Below are positions 1-13,681 of a stretch of DNA of 64,000 nucleotides, piece by piece. The stretch's first letter is position 1. Each line of letters opens with the position of its first letter. This DNA is from Octopus vulgaris (Eukaryota). The position numbers were made by a program, and so were the translations under genes. The notes under the pieces are model-generated. The model saw only the letters and a program-made list of their open reading frames with translations, made no database searches and was not told the origin of the DNA. The DNA lies in assembly GCA_951406725.2 (NCBI GenBank), contig OX597820.1, forward strand, positions 116,250,001 to 116,314,000, written 5' to 3'.

Positions 1-369
1 TAACTAAATGATTTCCAATAGCTTAAACAAATTGTGTCCCACAATGTTTAGGAAGGGGGTTAGGGTATTCAGGTAGCAGGTACACATTTACTGGTTTTGA
101 TAGGGATTCAATGGAAAAAAAATTACCAAAAAACGAAAAAAATCTCCCTCAGTTTAATAATAATGACTTTATATCTTGGTTGAAGTGGGGTGAGGAACAT
201 GTCAGAATGAATTGACCTTATTACGTGGTACTTATTTTCTTGAACCCATTTTCAGCCTAACTGCTATGTCTACCAATAGTAATAATGGTTTCAAATTTTG
301 GCACAAGGCCAGCAATTTTAGGGGGGAGGAAGTAGTTGCTTTATCAACCCTAGCACTTATAATTCTATT

Positions 370-548
370 TGTTTTAGTCATTTACTGTGGCCATGCTGGA
401 GCACCGCCTTTATTCGGAACATTGATCCTAGGACTTAGTCTTTGTAAGCTGAGTACTTATTCTGTCGATCTCTTTTGCCGAACCGCTAAGCTGTGGGGAT
501 GTGAACACACCAACTTCAGTTGTCAAGCAAGGGTGGTGGAGACACACA

Positions 549-584
<36 letters not shown>

Positions 585-745
585 ATGGGCTTCTTTCAGT
601 TTCCATCTACCAAATCCACTCACAAGACTTCGGTCAGCCTGAGGCTTTAGTAGAAGACACTTGCCCAAGGTGCCATGCAGTGAGACTGAACCCAGAACCA
701 TGTGGCTGGGAAGCAAGCTTTTTAACCACACACCCACTCCTGCCC
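370..745 (-). mobile_element. SINE family A, older copy
   Basis: Matches family A, with CpG decay. Confidence 0.8.
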
Positions 746-1129
746 CTTCACTGGCACTTATTTTATTGACCCTGAAAAGATGAAAGGCAAAGTCGACTTC
801 ACTGAAATTTGACCACAGAATGTAAAGGCAGACGAAATGCCGCAAAGCATTTTGCCTGGTATGCTAACCATTGTGCCAGCTCACCACAATAATAATAATA
901 ATAATGGTTTCAAATTTTGCCACAAGGGCAGCAATTTGGTGGGTTAGGGGGTGTTGTTTACATCGACCCCAGTGTTCAACTGGTACTTACTTTATTGACC
1001 CCAAAAGGATGAAAGGTAAAGTTGACCTTGGCGGAATTTGAACTCAGAACATATCAAGACAAAAGAAGCATTTCTCCTGGCGTGCTAACCAATTCGGCCA
1101 GCTCACTCTTTAATAATAATAATAATAAT

Positions 1130-1535
1130 CATCATCATCATCATTTAACGTCCGCTTTCCATGCTAGCATGGGTTGGACGGTTCAACAGGGGTCTGGGAA
1201 GCCCGAAGGCTGCACCAGGCCAGTCAGATCTGGCAGTGTTTCTACAGCTGGATGCCCTTCCTAATGCCAACCACTCCGTGAGTGTAGTGGGTGCTTTTTT
1301 ATGTGTTACCGACACAGGTGCCAGACGAGGCTGGCGAACGGCCACGCTCAGATGGTGTTTTTTACGTGCCACCGGCACGGAGGCCAGGCGAGGATGGCAC
1401 AGCCACGATCGGATGGTGTTTGTTACGTGCCACCAGCACGGAGGCCAGTCGTTGCGGTACTGGCTACGGCCACGTTCGGATGGTTTTCTTATGTGCCACC
1501 GGCACTGGTACCACAAAACTACAAATTCCATTGAT
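1130..1535 (-). mobile_element. RTE 3' UTR copy with internal ~62-bp repeats and (GAT)n tail
   Basis: catcatcat-ttaacgtccgctttccatgctagcatgggttggacgg... matches the UTR of the RTE at 7765-8380. Confidence 0.8.
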
Positions 1536-1882
1536 GTTCACACATGTATACATGCATTTTCATGATGTTATGTGTGCATATCCATAATATATACCAAATG
1601 TTACCCTCTACTGAATCACTTTGGTCACTTTCATCTTTAAGTTGTTCACTTTTGGAATTAAATTTCTTGGGTGGTAGAATAACTGTTTTCCCCAAAATTC
1701 ACTTCTTGTTTAAAATGTTTCAAAATGCTCAGGAATTTTCAAGTAATTTCACCTGTGTGGTAGCCAGAAGGTTTTGAGGTAGCTGACTTTCTTAGTTAAT
1801 TCTTAGTTAATTCCACATTCTACAAGTACATCTGGTATAGTGTTGGCTAAAAAAGTCAATAAAGTCCCATTAAACGGTGGAG

Positions 1883-1952
1883 TTTCCAGATTAATCCTTA
1901 ATCCAGCTGTAATCTATTCAGATTACAGCTGGATTAAGGATTAATCTGGAAA
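1883..1952. repeat. Perfect 33-bp inverted repeat with 4-nt loop
   Basis: tttccagattaatccttaatccagctgtaatct-attc-agattacagctggattaaggattaatctggaaa. Confidence 0.9.
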
Positions 1953-2359
1953 TAAAATAAGTGCCAGTCAAAGGGCAGGAGTGGGTGTGTGGTTAAAAAG
2001 CTTGCTTCCCAACCACATGGTTCTGGGTTCAGTCTCACCGCATGGCACCTTGGGCAAGTGTCTTCTACTGAAGCCTCAGGCTGACCAAAGTCTTGATTGC
2101 ATCTGGGAAATTGTAAACTCACAATTAGGAAGCCCAATGAAGTTCTAATAATCACTGTATTGCATGCATTTAAGCTCTTCAAAAATTTAAACCAACCATA
2201 TCCAACCTAAATCTTCTACTGGTTTGCTTTCAAACCAGTCAGCTCTGGTCTCTCACACCTACCCTGCAATGTCATTTTAAAAATAATCACATCATTGAAA
2301 TCTTGAGCTACAAGATAATGCATGACTACTTCAAAGCAGCAATGCAGTTTTATATTTAA

Positions 2360-2580
2360 CCCTTTCGTTACTGTATTTATTTTGAGATGCTCTGTGTTTC
2401 TTTCAATTATTTTAAATATAACAAAGAATTTAGTAAAATAACTCAGTTATCATTAAGCTAGTGTTAGGAATATAAATTGCAACTAGGGTTTGGTGGTATG
2501 TTTTAATGCAAAACTTATGAAAACAAGACATTTGTACTACAGAGCCAGAGCCGGATTTGGCCGGGTTGGTAACAAAAGGG
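2360..2580 (+). mobile_element. piggyBac-type MITE (TTAA TSD, CCCTTT...AAAGGG ends)
   Basis: ttaa|ccctttcgttac ... gtaacaaaaggg|ttaa. Confidence 0.8.
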
Positions 2581-2610
2581 TTAAGGGATGAGGAATTATG
2601 TACATTATTC

Positions 2611-3008
2611 ACATTATTTACAATTGACGGATATTTGTCCTCATCTTGTTGGTTGTTAACATAACATTTCGGTTAATATACCCTCCAGTCTTCATCAGGT
2701 GTCTTGGGGAAATTTCAAACCTAGGTTCTCATTCCTAAGCTATTTTTCAATGTTATTATTATTCAGGTCACTGCCTGGAATCAGGCTACTAACCCCCAAG
2801 ATTCCGAGTTCGATTCCAGGCTGTGATCTGAATAATAATAATAATAATAAAATTAATATTAATAACATTGAAAAATAGCTTAGGAATGAGAACCTAGGTT
2901 CGAAATTTCCCCAAGACACCTGATGAAGGCTGGAGGGTATATCAGCCGAAATGTTGTGTTAACAACAAACAAGATGAGGACAAATATCTGTCAAATGTAA
3001 TTAATGTA
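2611..3008. mobile_element. Fold-back (inverted repeat) element, ~170-195-bp arms, Penelope-like, with hammerhead motifs
   Basis: 2611-2781 is the reverse complement of ~2811-3008; each arm contains CTGATGA...GAAA. Confidence 0.75.
2915..2960 (+). ncRNA. Minimal type I hammerhead ribozyme motif (probably decayed)
   Basis: gacac-CTGATGA-a-ggctg(gagggtatat)cagcc-GAAA-tgtt-gtgtt: stem I gacac/gtgtt, stem II ggctg/cagcc. Confidence 0.6.
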
Positions 3009-4599
3009 TTTCAAAGCAATGTGAATAATTAATGCATTACATTTGACAGACTAATTTGAATACTAAAAGGATAAAGCAGTTTTTTGCAGATTGGTGAAAC
3101 TGCCTCATCTGATCATATTAAAGCCCAATAAAAATGATTGCTCTTGCTACAAGATCTGGAATTGTAGCTAATAAAGTGGTCACTTTACCCAATATTACCG
3201 TTATGTTAACCATAACTTCTGCAATATGACTTGCAAGTTTTTTTATGCTAATAATGGTAGTGTGTATGCTGTATAAAGCAGGGGCATGAGAGACCCCCCA
3301 CCACCAATCTAGCTAATACAACCACAAGACCTTCAGGAAACAGCCCATGGTTAATAATACCATCAACCCCAAGATGAGGGTATTATTTTTCATTATCTTG
3401 TAGTAGGTATCCAGAACAAAGTGTCAGTGAATTGTTTGGCAGATAGATGAATGAGGCAGCTTAGAAGTTTAACTCTTTCAGTTGGCAGTTTTAATTTTTT
3501 TTAGCCCTAGGTCTCATGTGGCCAGTTACTCAGTTTTCATTTCACTGCAATCACAATATTCTCTTGAATGCTACACCAGTCCATTGCACAGTTTAGAGCC
3601 AGCAGTTTTCAAGGGAAGGGGCAAATTGATTACCTTAATTCCAATACTTTCTGGTACATTATTTTATTGGCTCCTGAAGGGATAAATGGCAAAGTTGACC
3701 CTGGCAGGATTTGAACTCAGAATGTAAAGAACAGCAAGAAATGCTGTTATACATTTTGTCTGACGTGCTAATGACTCTGCCAGCTCATTAGCTTATGTTG
3801 GCAGTTGTTCTGTCCTAATAAACAAAGAATTTGTTACCCTCAACAGAGTGGCAAGGATCTCAGTTGACACGAAGCTCAGCCATGTGTATAAATTGTAAAC
3901 CTGAGGCCAAAATAGCTAGTGATGGAGCAACAAGGAGATTTCTGACAAAGTACCATTTAGAAAGAATTGGTAACGTTTGAAGTAATTCATTTGGCAATAT
4001 TGCAATTAAGGCTTGTTGAAAACTTACAGGCCACAAACTGTGAGTTGCTTAAAAGCATTTGGCTGCATTCGAAAGCTTAAATGAGGTTAGTAGGAAAACT
4101 GTTTAGTTGTTGCCAATGAGTCATTGCAATATTAGTTGATGAAACATTTTTTAAACTTGTAAACAAATTATACTCTTTCTGTTTTCACTCATTTCTTTCT
4201 CCAAGGCAACACTCTGTCTGTCTGTCTGTCTCTCCATCAGTAAAACTTGTTGCTACAAACATAACACCTTCCTGCAGTATTATCTAATTTCTTGCAGAAA
4301 CAGTCATCTTCCACAAAGTGCAAGTTTCCAAGGTTTTTTTGCAATTGTGGAATATAGATTCATTACATCTTTATGTCACAATCATAGCTCTAAATTGTTA
4401 TTACTTACATAAGCCCTTCACTCCTTATAGAGCAGAGGCCGTCAAAAGCTTTTCTCTATTGTTCTAGACCCTGGGTTGTCTTTTCTGTTTCTTTCCAGTT
4501 GGGTCCCTGCTTTTGCAACTCTATCTTTGCCTCCATCTATTTTTAGGGTCTCCTCTCTTCCACTTCTCTTGTGGGTTTCAGGTCAGGGCCCAATACTCT

Positions 4600-4803
4600 T
4601 TACTCTTACTCTCTTTTACTTGTTTCAGTCATTTGACTGCGGCCATGCTGGAGCACTGGCTTTAATCGAGCAACTCGACCCCGGGACTTATTCTTTTGTA
4701 AGCCCAGTACTTATTCTATCGGTCTCTTTTGCCGAACCGCTAAGTAACGGGGACATAAGCACACCAGCATCGGTTGTCAAGCAATGCTAGGGGGACAACA
4801 CAG

Positions 4804-4838
<35 letters not shown>

Positions 4839-5010
4839 CATACATATATACGACAGGCTTCTTTCAGTTTCCATCTACCAAATCCACTCACAAGGCTTTG
4901 GTCGGCCCGAGGCTACAGTAGAAGACACTTGCCCAAGGTGCCACGCAGTGGGACTGACCCCGGAACCATGTGGTTGGTAAACAAGCTACTTACCACGCAG
5001 CCACTCCTGT
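4600..5010 (-). mobile_element. SINE family A
   Basis: Matches family A. Confidence 0.88.
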
Positions 5011-5444
5011 GTAATACTGGATTTTGGTTTCTTTAAGGTGTGGCTTATCCTTTTGGATTTTGTTGCACTGCACCATATGCCCCCCCCCCTCCCGCCTGGG
5101 CCTTTATCTCCAAAAACCTTGTCGGTTTTGGATTGTCATCAATGCTTCTGTAACTTTGTTTTTGTTCTAAGTAGGGGTGTTGATCTTACACAACCTCATT
5201 TTTACCTCTGAGAAGAAGCAGTCCATATTAACCTGGTCTCTATCCTTTGACCTGTCCCAGTGTGGGAGTCCCTAATAGAAGCTTGTTCCCTGTTGACATA
5301 GCTTTGTGTTTTTGAGACAGACAATCCACAACACAACACAATGGGGATTTGACCTTGTGGTGGACTAAATTTCTATACACTCCTAAAATAAAATTGGTAG
5401 CCGATCGAATCAGTAGACAGTTGGACAAAAATATCTTGTATGTA

Positions 5445-5653
5445 TTGGGTTGGTGCATAATTATTGCGGATTTTTTCAACAAAAACAATAACAACATGTA
5501 ATAAAAACATCTTTAAATGATTATTCTGGAGCATATTCACCATCTACTTCAATTACTGCTTCCTATTTGCTTGGCAGACGGTCAGACCGACATTTAAATA
5601 TGTTTTTGTTGAATAAAATTTGTTGGAAAAAAAGCCCCAATAATTATGCACCA
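5445..5653 (-). mobile_element. Internally deleted mariner element
   Basis: TIR ttgggttggtgcataattattgcgg preceded by TA, inverted copy caataattatgcacca; minus strand LPSK*EAVIEVDGEY resembles a mariner C-terminus. Confidence 0.7.
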
Positions 5654-7764
5654 TAGCTTACATCCTCTTTTACCCTCTGTTTTCAGATCCCACCCAAATT
5701 GACTTCACATTTATTCTTCTGAGCTTGGTAAAATACCACTTAGTAATTAAAAAATTGATGTTGATGTATTGGGAAGCCAGCTTCTTAACCATGCCCCTAA
5801 ACCTCAGCCCATCAACTTATATCTTGATCAGAATGTACTTGACTACTTTGTGTGACAGTTTATCTAATCCTTCCTTTTTTAGCCTAGTTGCTTGTCCAGA
5901 ATTCTCTTTCCACATCACCCGTATTTTTCTTTTTAATATATAGTTGCAGGTATGGCTATGTGTGTAAGAAGTTTGCTCTACAAGCATGTGGTTTCACGTT
6001 CTGTCCCACAGCACAGCACCATCAGCGAATTTCTTCTACTATAACCTTGGGCTGACCAGGCCTTATGGATAAATTTGGTAGACAGAAACAGGTGGTGAGC
6101 TGGCAGAAACGTTAGCAGTATTTTGTCTGCTGCTATGATCTGAGTTCAAATTCCACTGTGGTCAACTTTGCCTTTCATCCTTTCGGGGTCGATAAATTAA
6201 GTACCAGTTACGCACTGGGGTTGTTGTAATCAACTTAATCCCTTTGTCTGTCCTTGTTTGTCCCCTCTGTTTAGACTCTTGTGGGCAATAAAGAAACAAG
6301 AAACAGTATGGAAGCCCATATATGTATGTGTGTGTCTTTATTTCTTTTTTAAACCCCCCCCTGTCTGACAGCTAGTGTTGATTTACCTACCTCCCTTCAA
6401 CTTAGAGTTCGGCAAAAAGAAACTGACAGAATAAATGCCAGGATTAAAAACAAAACAAAACAAAAAGACTTGAACTAATTTGTTTGTCTAAACCATTGCA
6501 AGATGCTGCCCCAGCATGGCTGCAGTCCAATGACTGAAACCTGTAAACTAAGTTTAGCACATCTTGTGAATAAAGACCAGATTGTGAGAAGACTGGTCTG
6601 TGATGCTAATAAAAAATAGAGGAAAGTTTGAAGAGAGTGAGGCATAGAGGGGACACTGACCTTTTGTGTCGTTTCATCTGAGAAAGAGAAGAAAATATTG
6701 GCTTTGGTGGTGATGGTGGGAAAATTTCTTTCCCACAAACGGAGAATTCTGAAAGGTCAGATTCCTCTTCTTTCCCCCCCCCCCTCACAAACATGTCAAC
6801 TTAGATACACTCATCAACTTCATTGCAAATAATTAAATCTATTCAAATCCTATGCATATCTTTCCAGGTCAAAATAATGAAATTTCATGCAGACATTCAT
6901 TTCAATGACAATCAATCATATCTCACTTTAAACGGCTGCTGTTCATGTCTAAAATTCCTTGTGAAACTTTAGGAATGCCTCTTATTTCAAACCAAACCAA
7001 TAAATTGTTTTACAGAAGACAGCTTCTGTCAACAGATCAACATTTACTTAATCACAAAGATTTTTTTTATCTTCGAAGCGTTCTCTAACAGCAATGCTTT
7101 TTTTTTTAAAGTTTATTGGTCTCTTTGGCTGAACTGCTGTTACAGGGGTGTAAACAAACCAATGTTGGTTGTCAAGCAATGGGAAAAGAATGACAAACAC
7201 ACATAATACGACAGGCTTCCTCACAGTTTTTTTGTTTACTAGATTCACTTACAAGGCATTGGTTGGCCCGTGGCTATAGTAAAAGACACTTTCCCAAGGT
7301 GATGTGCAATGGGACTGAACTCAAAACCACATGGTTGCAAAGCTAGCTTCTTAACCACACAGCCATGCTTGTTCTTATAGTATAATTACTTTAAGGAGGC
7401 AGATTAATGATTTAGAATAGCCTGAGTTCAAATCCCACTTGGGCTAGCTTCACCTTGTCTCATTTTGGGAAGATATTCAGTGTCTGTAGTAACCCCAACG
7501 AATAAGAGACCCTGCTGACATTATTAAAATCTCCAGGGTCCCCTAAAGACCTGCACAAACTCCCCAACAGTTGTTCATTGCAGGTGGTTCAGTATAATTA
7601 CTTACATGTTTTTTTTTTTTATTGAAACTACAGAACATCAACCGCAGAACACTATTAAATACTTTCCTGTTTATTTCATTAATGAAACAGAATTATCAAA
7701 TCCTTACATTGAAATTTTCAGTTTGTATTTTATGCATTTTTAAAAACAGAATTTTATTATTTTC

Positions 7765-8380
7765 TGGTATGATCATGTGTTGGGTATGGATGAGGACAGC
7801 TGTGTGAAAAAGTGTCAGACCCTAACAGTAGAGGGAAACTGTGGAAGAGGTAGACCCAGGAAGATGTGGGATGAGGTGGTGAAGCACGATCTTTGAACAT
7901 TGGGCTTCACAGAGGTGATGATGAGTGACCAAAACCTTTGGAGATACGCTGTGCTTGAGATGACCCGGCAAGCCAAGTGAGACTGTTGTCTAAGCCAGTG
8001 CAGCATAACTGGCCTATCTAAGAGTACCCTTCAATCATTGGACAATAAACTGTGCTTGCGAAGACCTGTTGAGTCAAGTGAAGTCATTGTTGTGGCTGAT
8101 GCCAGTACCACCTGACTGGCACCCATGATGGTGGCATGTAAAAAGCACCATTTGAGCATGGTCAATGACAGTGCTGCCTGACTGGTCCCATGCCGGTGGC
8201 ACGTAAATAAAGCAGCCACTACGCTCTTGGAGTGGTTGGTATTAGGAAGGGCATCCAGCTGTAGAAACCTTGCCAGATCAGAGTGGAGCCTGAAGCAGCC
8301 TCTGGCTTGCCAGTCCTCAGTCAAACTGTCCAACCCATGACAGCATGCAAAGCAGACGTTAAACAATGATGGTGAATGCA
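7765..8380 (+). mobile_element. RTE-clade LINE 3' fragment (ORF end plus 3' UTR)
   Basis: WYDHVLGMDEDSCVKKC..VEGNCGRGRPRKMWDEVVKHDL, with an internal stop, followed by the ggaagggcatccagctgtagaa...(gat)n UTR. Confidence 0.85.
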
Positions 8381-8667
8381 CTTAATTGTATCGGGTGGTG
8401 CACCAGTGTACCACTGCACATCTAACTACAGCTTGTAGTGCAGTATGGTGTAATTGGGAACCAATGACCTGGAGGGATGGAAAGTGAAGTCAACTTTGTC
8501 TTTGAACACAGAACATAACTGGGTATAACTAAATAATAGATGATGATAATAAAAATAACAAACTTATTCTATACAGTGCTCAGGTGCTCTATGGTTCGTC
8601 AGCAAAAGTAGCCAAAAGCTCATGAACAGGAAATGAACTGTGAACAAATCGTTAAAACAATAAATAA

Positions 8668-9075
8668 ATCATTGTTTAATGTCCGTTTTCCATGCTAGCA
8701 TGGGTTGGACGGTTCGACCGGGGATCTGGGAAGCCAGAAGGCTGCACCAGGCTCCGGTCTTATCTGGCAATGTTTCTACAGCTGGATGCCCTTCCTAACG
8801 CCAACCACTCCATGAGTGTAGTGGGTGCTTTTTACGTGCCACCTGCACTGGTGCCAGGCAAGGCTGGCATCGGCCACAGTCGGATTGGTGCATTTTACGT
8901 GCCACCGGCACGGAAGCCTGTCGAGGTGGCACTGGCTTCGGCATTGATTTGGATGGTGCTTTTTACGTGCCTCCGACACGGAAGCCAGTCGAGGCGGCGC
9001 TGGTATTGGCCACGATTCGGATAGTGCTTTTTACGTATCTCCAGTCCAGGGGTCCTGGCATCTGCTGGGTGCCAG
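8668..9075 (-). mobile_element. RTE 3' UTR copy
   Basis: Same family sequence as 1130-1535. Confidence 0.8.
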
Positions 9076-9159
9076 TCGTATATGGCTGCAGAATATTTTG
9101 CCAGATGTTGATTTAAAACTTTTTACTAAATTTGATGAATTTCTTTTCTCTTTTCCAAG

Positions 9160-9286
9160 GTTGTGATAGCGGATTTGGTTTTGCAATTGCTCAAAAATTG
9201 GATAGCATTGGTATGAAAGTCTTAGCTGGCTGCCTGGACCAGTGCGGCAAAGGAGCAACACAATTAAAAAGTTCTTGTTCAGAAAG
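9160..9286 (+). CDS. SDR exon: [43 protein letters not shown]
   Basis: ttttccaag| acceptor, |gtgag donor; GCDSGFG cofactor-binding motif. Confidence 0.95.
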
Positions 9287-12200
9287 GTGAGACGGCTTAC
9301 ATATTTTTAAAATCAATACTTTAACCCTTCACCCGAAGGTGAATGTTGTTGATCCTTCAGCTGTTGGCTGAGACCACTTGTAATGTACTCAGAGTTCAGT
9401 AATGTACTTCGATGTTCACTTACAAGCCACTTCTGATGAGCCATCTGGGCATTTGAGAGACTCATTTTCTGGTGTGCTCATACACACTGCTCTTCAGCAT
9501 GGTTTATATATGATGCTTACATTCTTGGATAGTCTGCCTCTGATTCTATTACATCTTTTTGTGCCCATGGCTTACATTGAGTACAACATATGCAATTTAT
9601 ACTGACTCCCTTTCCTATATTTTCCATACATTTACTCACTTTCACACAAACCATATCCAGTTATCCTGACACCACATCTACCAACCTAGGACATCGTTCA
9701 CTTTTCTCAATTAATTGAATAAAAAGAAAATAGGAAAAAGAATGAAAAACATTACTGTGATATTAATAGAAATGAAAGTGAGTCCTTGTAAGTCTGTTGG
9801 TCATTGAGGCATCACTGGAGACATTGTCTTGTGAAGGTCATCAAGGGCAAGGCAGACTAATAGAACCCACTCATTTACTTAATTATATTTACTTAATATA
9901 ATTATTTACTTAATTATAAATCTTATGATGTGGTCTTGAAATGCTGTATGTTTTTAAGTTTTTCTTTATCAGACCATGTGACACAATTTAATTCATACAT
10001 GATTAGAGGGACAATTTAAATGTTATGTTTTTGACTTGCTTTCAGTTTGATTTCAAAAAGCTGTTCATACCAGCAACCTTGTTATTGCTTAATCCTTTAA
10101 TCCTTATTTATTTACGTTGACTTGATTTAATCTGTGTTATCTGATAGCTTTGAGATTTTGATGGTGTGATTGCTCAGTTTTAGAATGACATTGCAGAGTA
10201 GGTCTGAGAGACCAGATCTGGCTAGTTTGTACATAAAACAGGTAAAATATTTTGGCTGGATGTGTCTTGTTTAAATGCTAAAGGGTTAAGCTGATAACGT
10301 TTGCCCTACATACATTTATAAGTCTGTCATAGATTGTTGTCTGGGTTTGGCTGAGTCTTATCTGTAGTAGTTGTGCATTTGGTCTCCTCAACATTAATTT
10401 GGAGACCCATTTGTCTTGCATTTGCAGCCGAGTAATGAAACCGTGATGGTTAGCAATGTTATTGTTAATAGTTAGCAAGATCATCTGCATTAACGTAGAT
10501 TAGAGATTATTTGACCTGCAACAGGGAACCCAGTATCGATTATTTCTTTCTTTCATTTTTATGGTCACTGCAACAAAATGCCTCCTTGCTTGACCTCTTC
10601 TATTATGTCCATGGTTATACTTGTACCAACATTGATCTCGAGAATCTGAATTAACTGTCATATTTAAATATAAGGAGGTCACATTTGGGCCAGCTGTATA
10701 ACCCCTTTTAGTGGGGGAGCAAATGTGGCACGTACTCCAGCTATGTCACTGAACCAAACAACAATAGACATTACTTTTTTCTCTTAAGTGTTGTGTTGGT
10801 TTTCAGCAGGTGAATCAATAGGTATCAGACAGTTGTTCTAATAAATTACGCAAATGTTATTCAGGTATGATTTATTATACTTTGTGGCAAAACCCATTTA
10901 TGTCAAAATGTAACAAAACTCATTTGTCTTATGAAACCTGGTTGAGTGTTAAGTTCTCAGGATGTTTTATTTTTTTAAGTATTAGTTTCCAGTTGAGAAT
11001 TGAAAGTTATAGTTTGGTGTTATTATAATAATGTTAAAACTGGTAATTTCTCTCAAGCCAGGGGGGTAAGTTTAGCTAAAAAGGAAGCTTCTATGCAGGT
11101 TAAAACAGTAGCTAGTTTACCTCCTTACACACTACTGTTTCAGAAAAGGAAAGCCAGTGATTAACACCCATTGAAGATGGATAACCACTCAGAAACCCAG
11201 GTCTATGTGTATCATGTAAGGATAGAGATAGGAGCAAATACTAATTGGACACAGATTGTGTATTGTTAGTCAGCTGGAGGAGATGTCTTCCTGGGGCTAA
11301 AAACAACAGTAACACCATCCACTCTTGGACTTCTACATTTAGTTGGCAAATATATTTTATGAAACCCAGATTGTTAGAAACTGATAAACTTCTTTTGAAC
11401 TAGCAAGGGCAGGGATATAGTTACAGTAGGTGCTGCCCTAATGTTTGACCCTCCCTCACACACACACACCAGCAGTATAGCCTCTACAGGTTTATTTAGC
11501 AGACCTAAAGTGCCTCCCTAATAAAAGCCTTGCTTGGAGTGGACAGCTCCCCACCTCAGTTATGTTACTGAATGAGGAAGCTTTTATTTGGTCACTTGAT
11601 CTGTTAGAAACAGTAGCCTGAGTAACAAAGAGAGCCTCTTCTTAATAGAGGCTCAACCTGTTTAAAATAGCAGCCAAATTTCCTCTAATCACATACATTG
11701 CATCCTTAAAATAAAGGACACACATTGGCGAATGTAGCTATTGACATACAAAAAGGTGTGATGGCCATAACTGAAATGTCATTTTTATCGGAGTTAATCT
11801 ACACGTAATTGACAACTGTTACCTTCTGTTTGACTTTGTGTATTGAGAAGTGTTAGGGGCCCCCCTCGCCTCTCCCTCCTCCATTGGTTTGGATGTTTCA
11901 TTTGTTTCGGTCATTGGGTTGCTGTTGTGCTGAGGCACAGCTTTGGAGGGTTTCAGCTGACCAGGCTGACCACAGTACTTACTTTTTTAAAATTTGGTAC
12001 TTTTTCTATTGGTCTCTTTTGTCAAACCACTTCAACGCAGGGCCATAAACAAAGCAGCATCGATTTTCAAGAGCTGGTGAGGATACAAACACAGCGATAC
12101 CACTGGATGGGTAATGTCAGTGTGCACACACAACAATTAGTTAGTTTGTTCCTTCTTGAGCCATGCCTGTCTCATAAGGGCCAGTTTCCTTGGTGTATGG

Positions 12201-13649
12201 GTTCCCCGCCTGGACGGGACGCCGGTCCGTTGCAGGTGAGCTTCAAGATGCAGGAGGAAAGAGTGAGAAAAAGTTGTGGTGAAAGAGTCAGCAGAAGTTT
12301 GCCATTACCTTCTGCTGGAGCCACATGGAGCTTAGGTGTTTCGCTCATAAACACACACATTGCCCGGTCTGAGATTCGAACCCGCAATCCCTCGACCGCG
12401 AGTCCGCTGCTCTAACCACTAGGCCATGTGCCTCCACACACACAACAGAGTGTAAGTGATGATTCAAGAAGAAAACTGGGTATAAGAGGCATTAGATTTT
12501 GTGTGCAAGAGGGAAGACTGCACTGGTATGATCACGTGATGTGTATTGACAGGGACAGCTGCATAAACACACATATCGCCCGGTCTGAGATTTGAAGGAA
12601 CCTGCAATCCCTGGAAGACATGGGAGTAAGTGGTGAGAAAGGATCTTCAGATACTGGGCCTCACTGAGGAGATGACAACAAACCAAAACTTGTGGTGAAC
12701 TTGAGAAGATATGTCAAGCTAAGTAGAATTGTAGCCACCTGTGCATTCAGGCGTGTCCTTTATGGCCATGCCCCAACTCTCTCTCTCTCACAGCTGAAAG
12801 GCCTGGCAGTTAATAGTCTCATGTAAAATGCCCTTGTGCTGGTGGCATATACAAAGCACCCAGTACTCTGTAAAGTGGTTGATGTTAGGAAGGGTATCCA
12901 GCCATAGAAACCATGCCAAAATGGAGCCTAGACAGCTCTCTGGCTGGACTGCCCCTGTCAAACCGTCCAATCCATGCCAGCATGGAAAATGGACATTACA
13001 TGAGATGATGGTATAATGATCGTAAGGCGGTGAGCTGGCAGAAACGTTAGCACGCTGAGCGAAATGCTTTTTGGAATACTTTAATTAACAAATCTTGTTT
13101 TCTGTTAACTGCTGTTACGTTCTCAGTTCAAATTCCGCTGAGGTCGACTTTGCCTTTCATCCCTTTCGGGGTCGATTAAATAAGTACCAGTTACGCACTG
13201 GGGTCGATGTAATCGGCTTAATCCGTTTATCTGTCCTTGTTTGTCCTCTCTGTGTTTAGCCCCTTGTGGGTAGTAAAGAAATAAATATTTCGTCTGCCGC
13301 TACGTTCTGAGTTCAAATTCCGCCAAGGTCGACTTTGCCTTTCATCCTTCCGGGGTCGATTAAATAAGTACCAGTTACGCACTGGGGTCGATGTAATCAG
13401 CTTAATCCGTTTATCTGTCCTTGTTTGTCCTCTCTGTGTTTAGCCCCTTGTGGGTAGTAAAGAAATAGGTATAATGATCGTTTCAACCCAACTCCATCTT
13501 CTGTTTCCCTCATTCATTATAAACTCAACAGACACTGTGGAATTCCTAATGTAGATCCACTGACTATTGTAACTGTTGATGACATCAGGTAGCCCAAACG
13601 GAGAAAGTGCTTTAATCGGCATACCACCAAAAGTCCAAATAATTACTTA

Positions 13650-13681
<32 letters not shown>

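Noticed and set aside
212-769. ORFs with recurring 'YQIHSQ...[19 protein letters not shown]' peptides here and throughout the window
   Set aside because: Antisense translation of SINE family A
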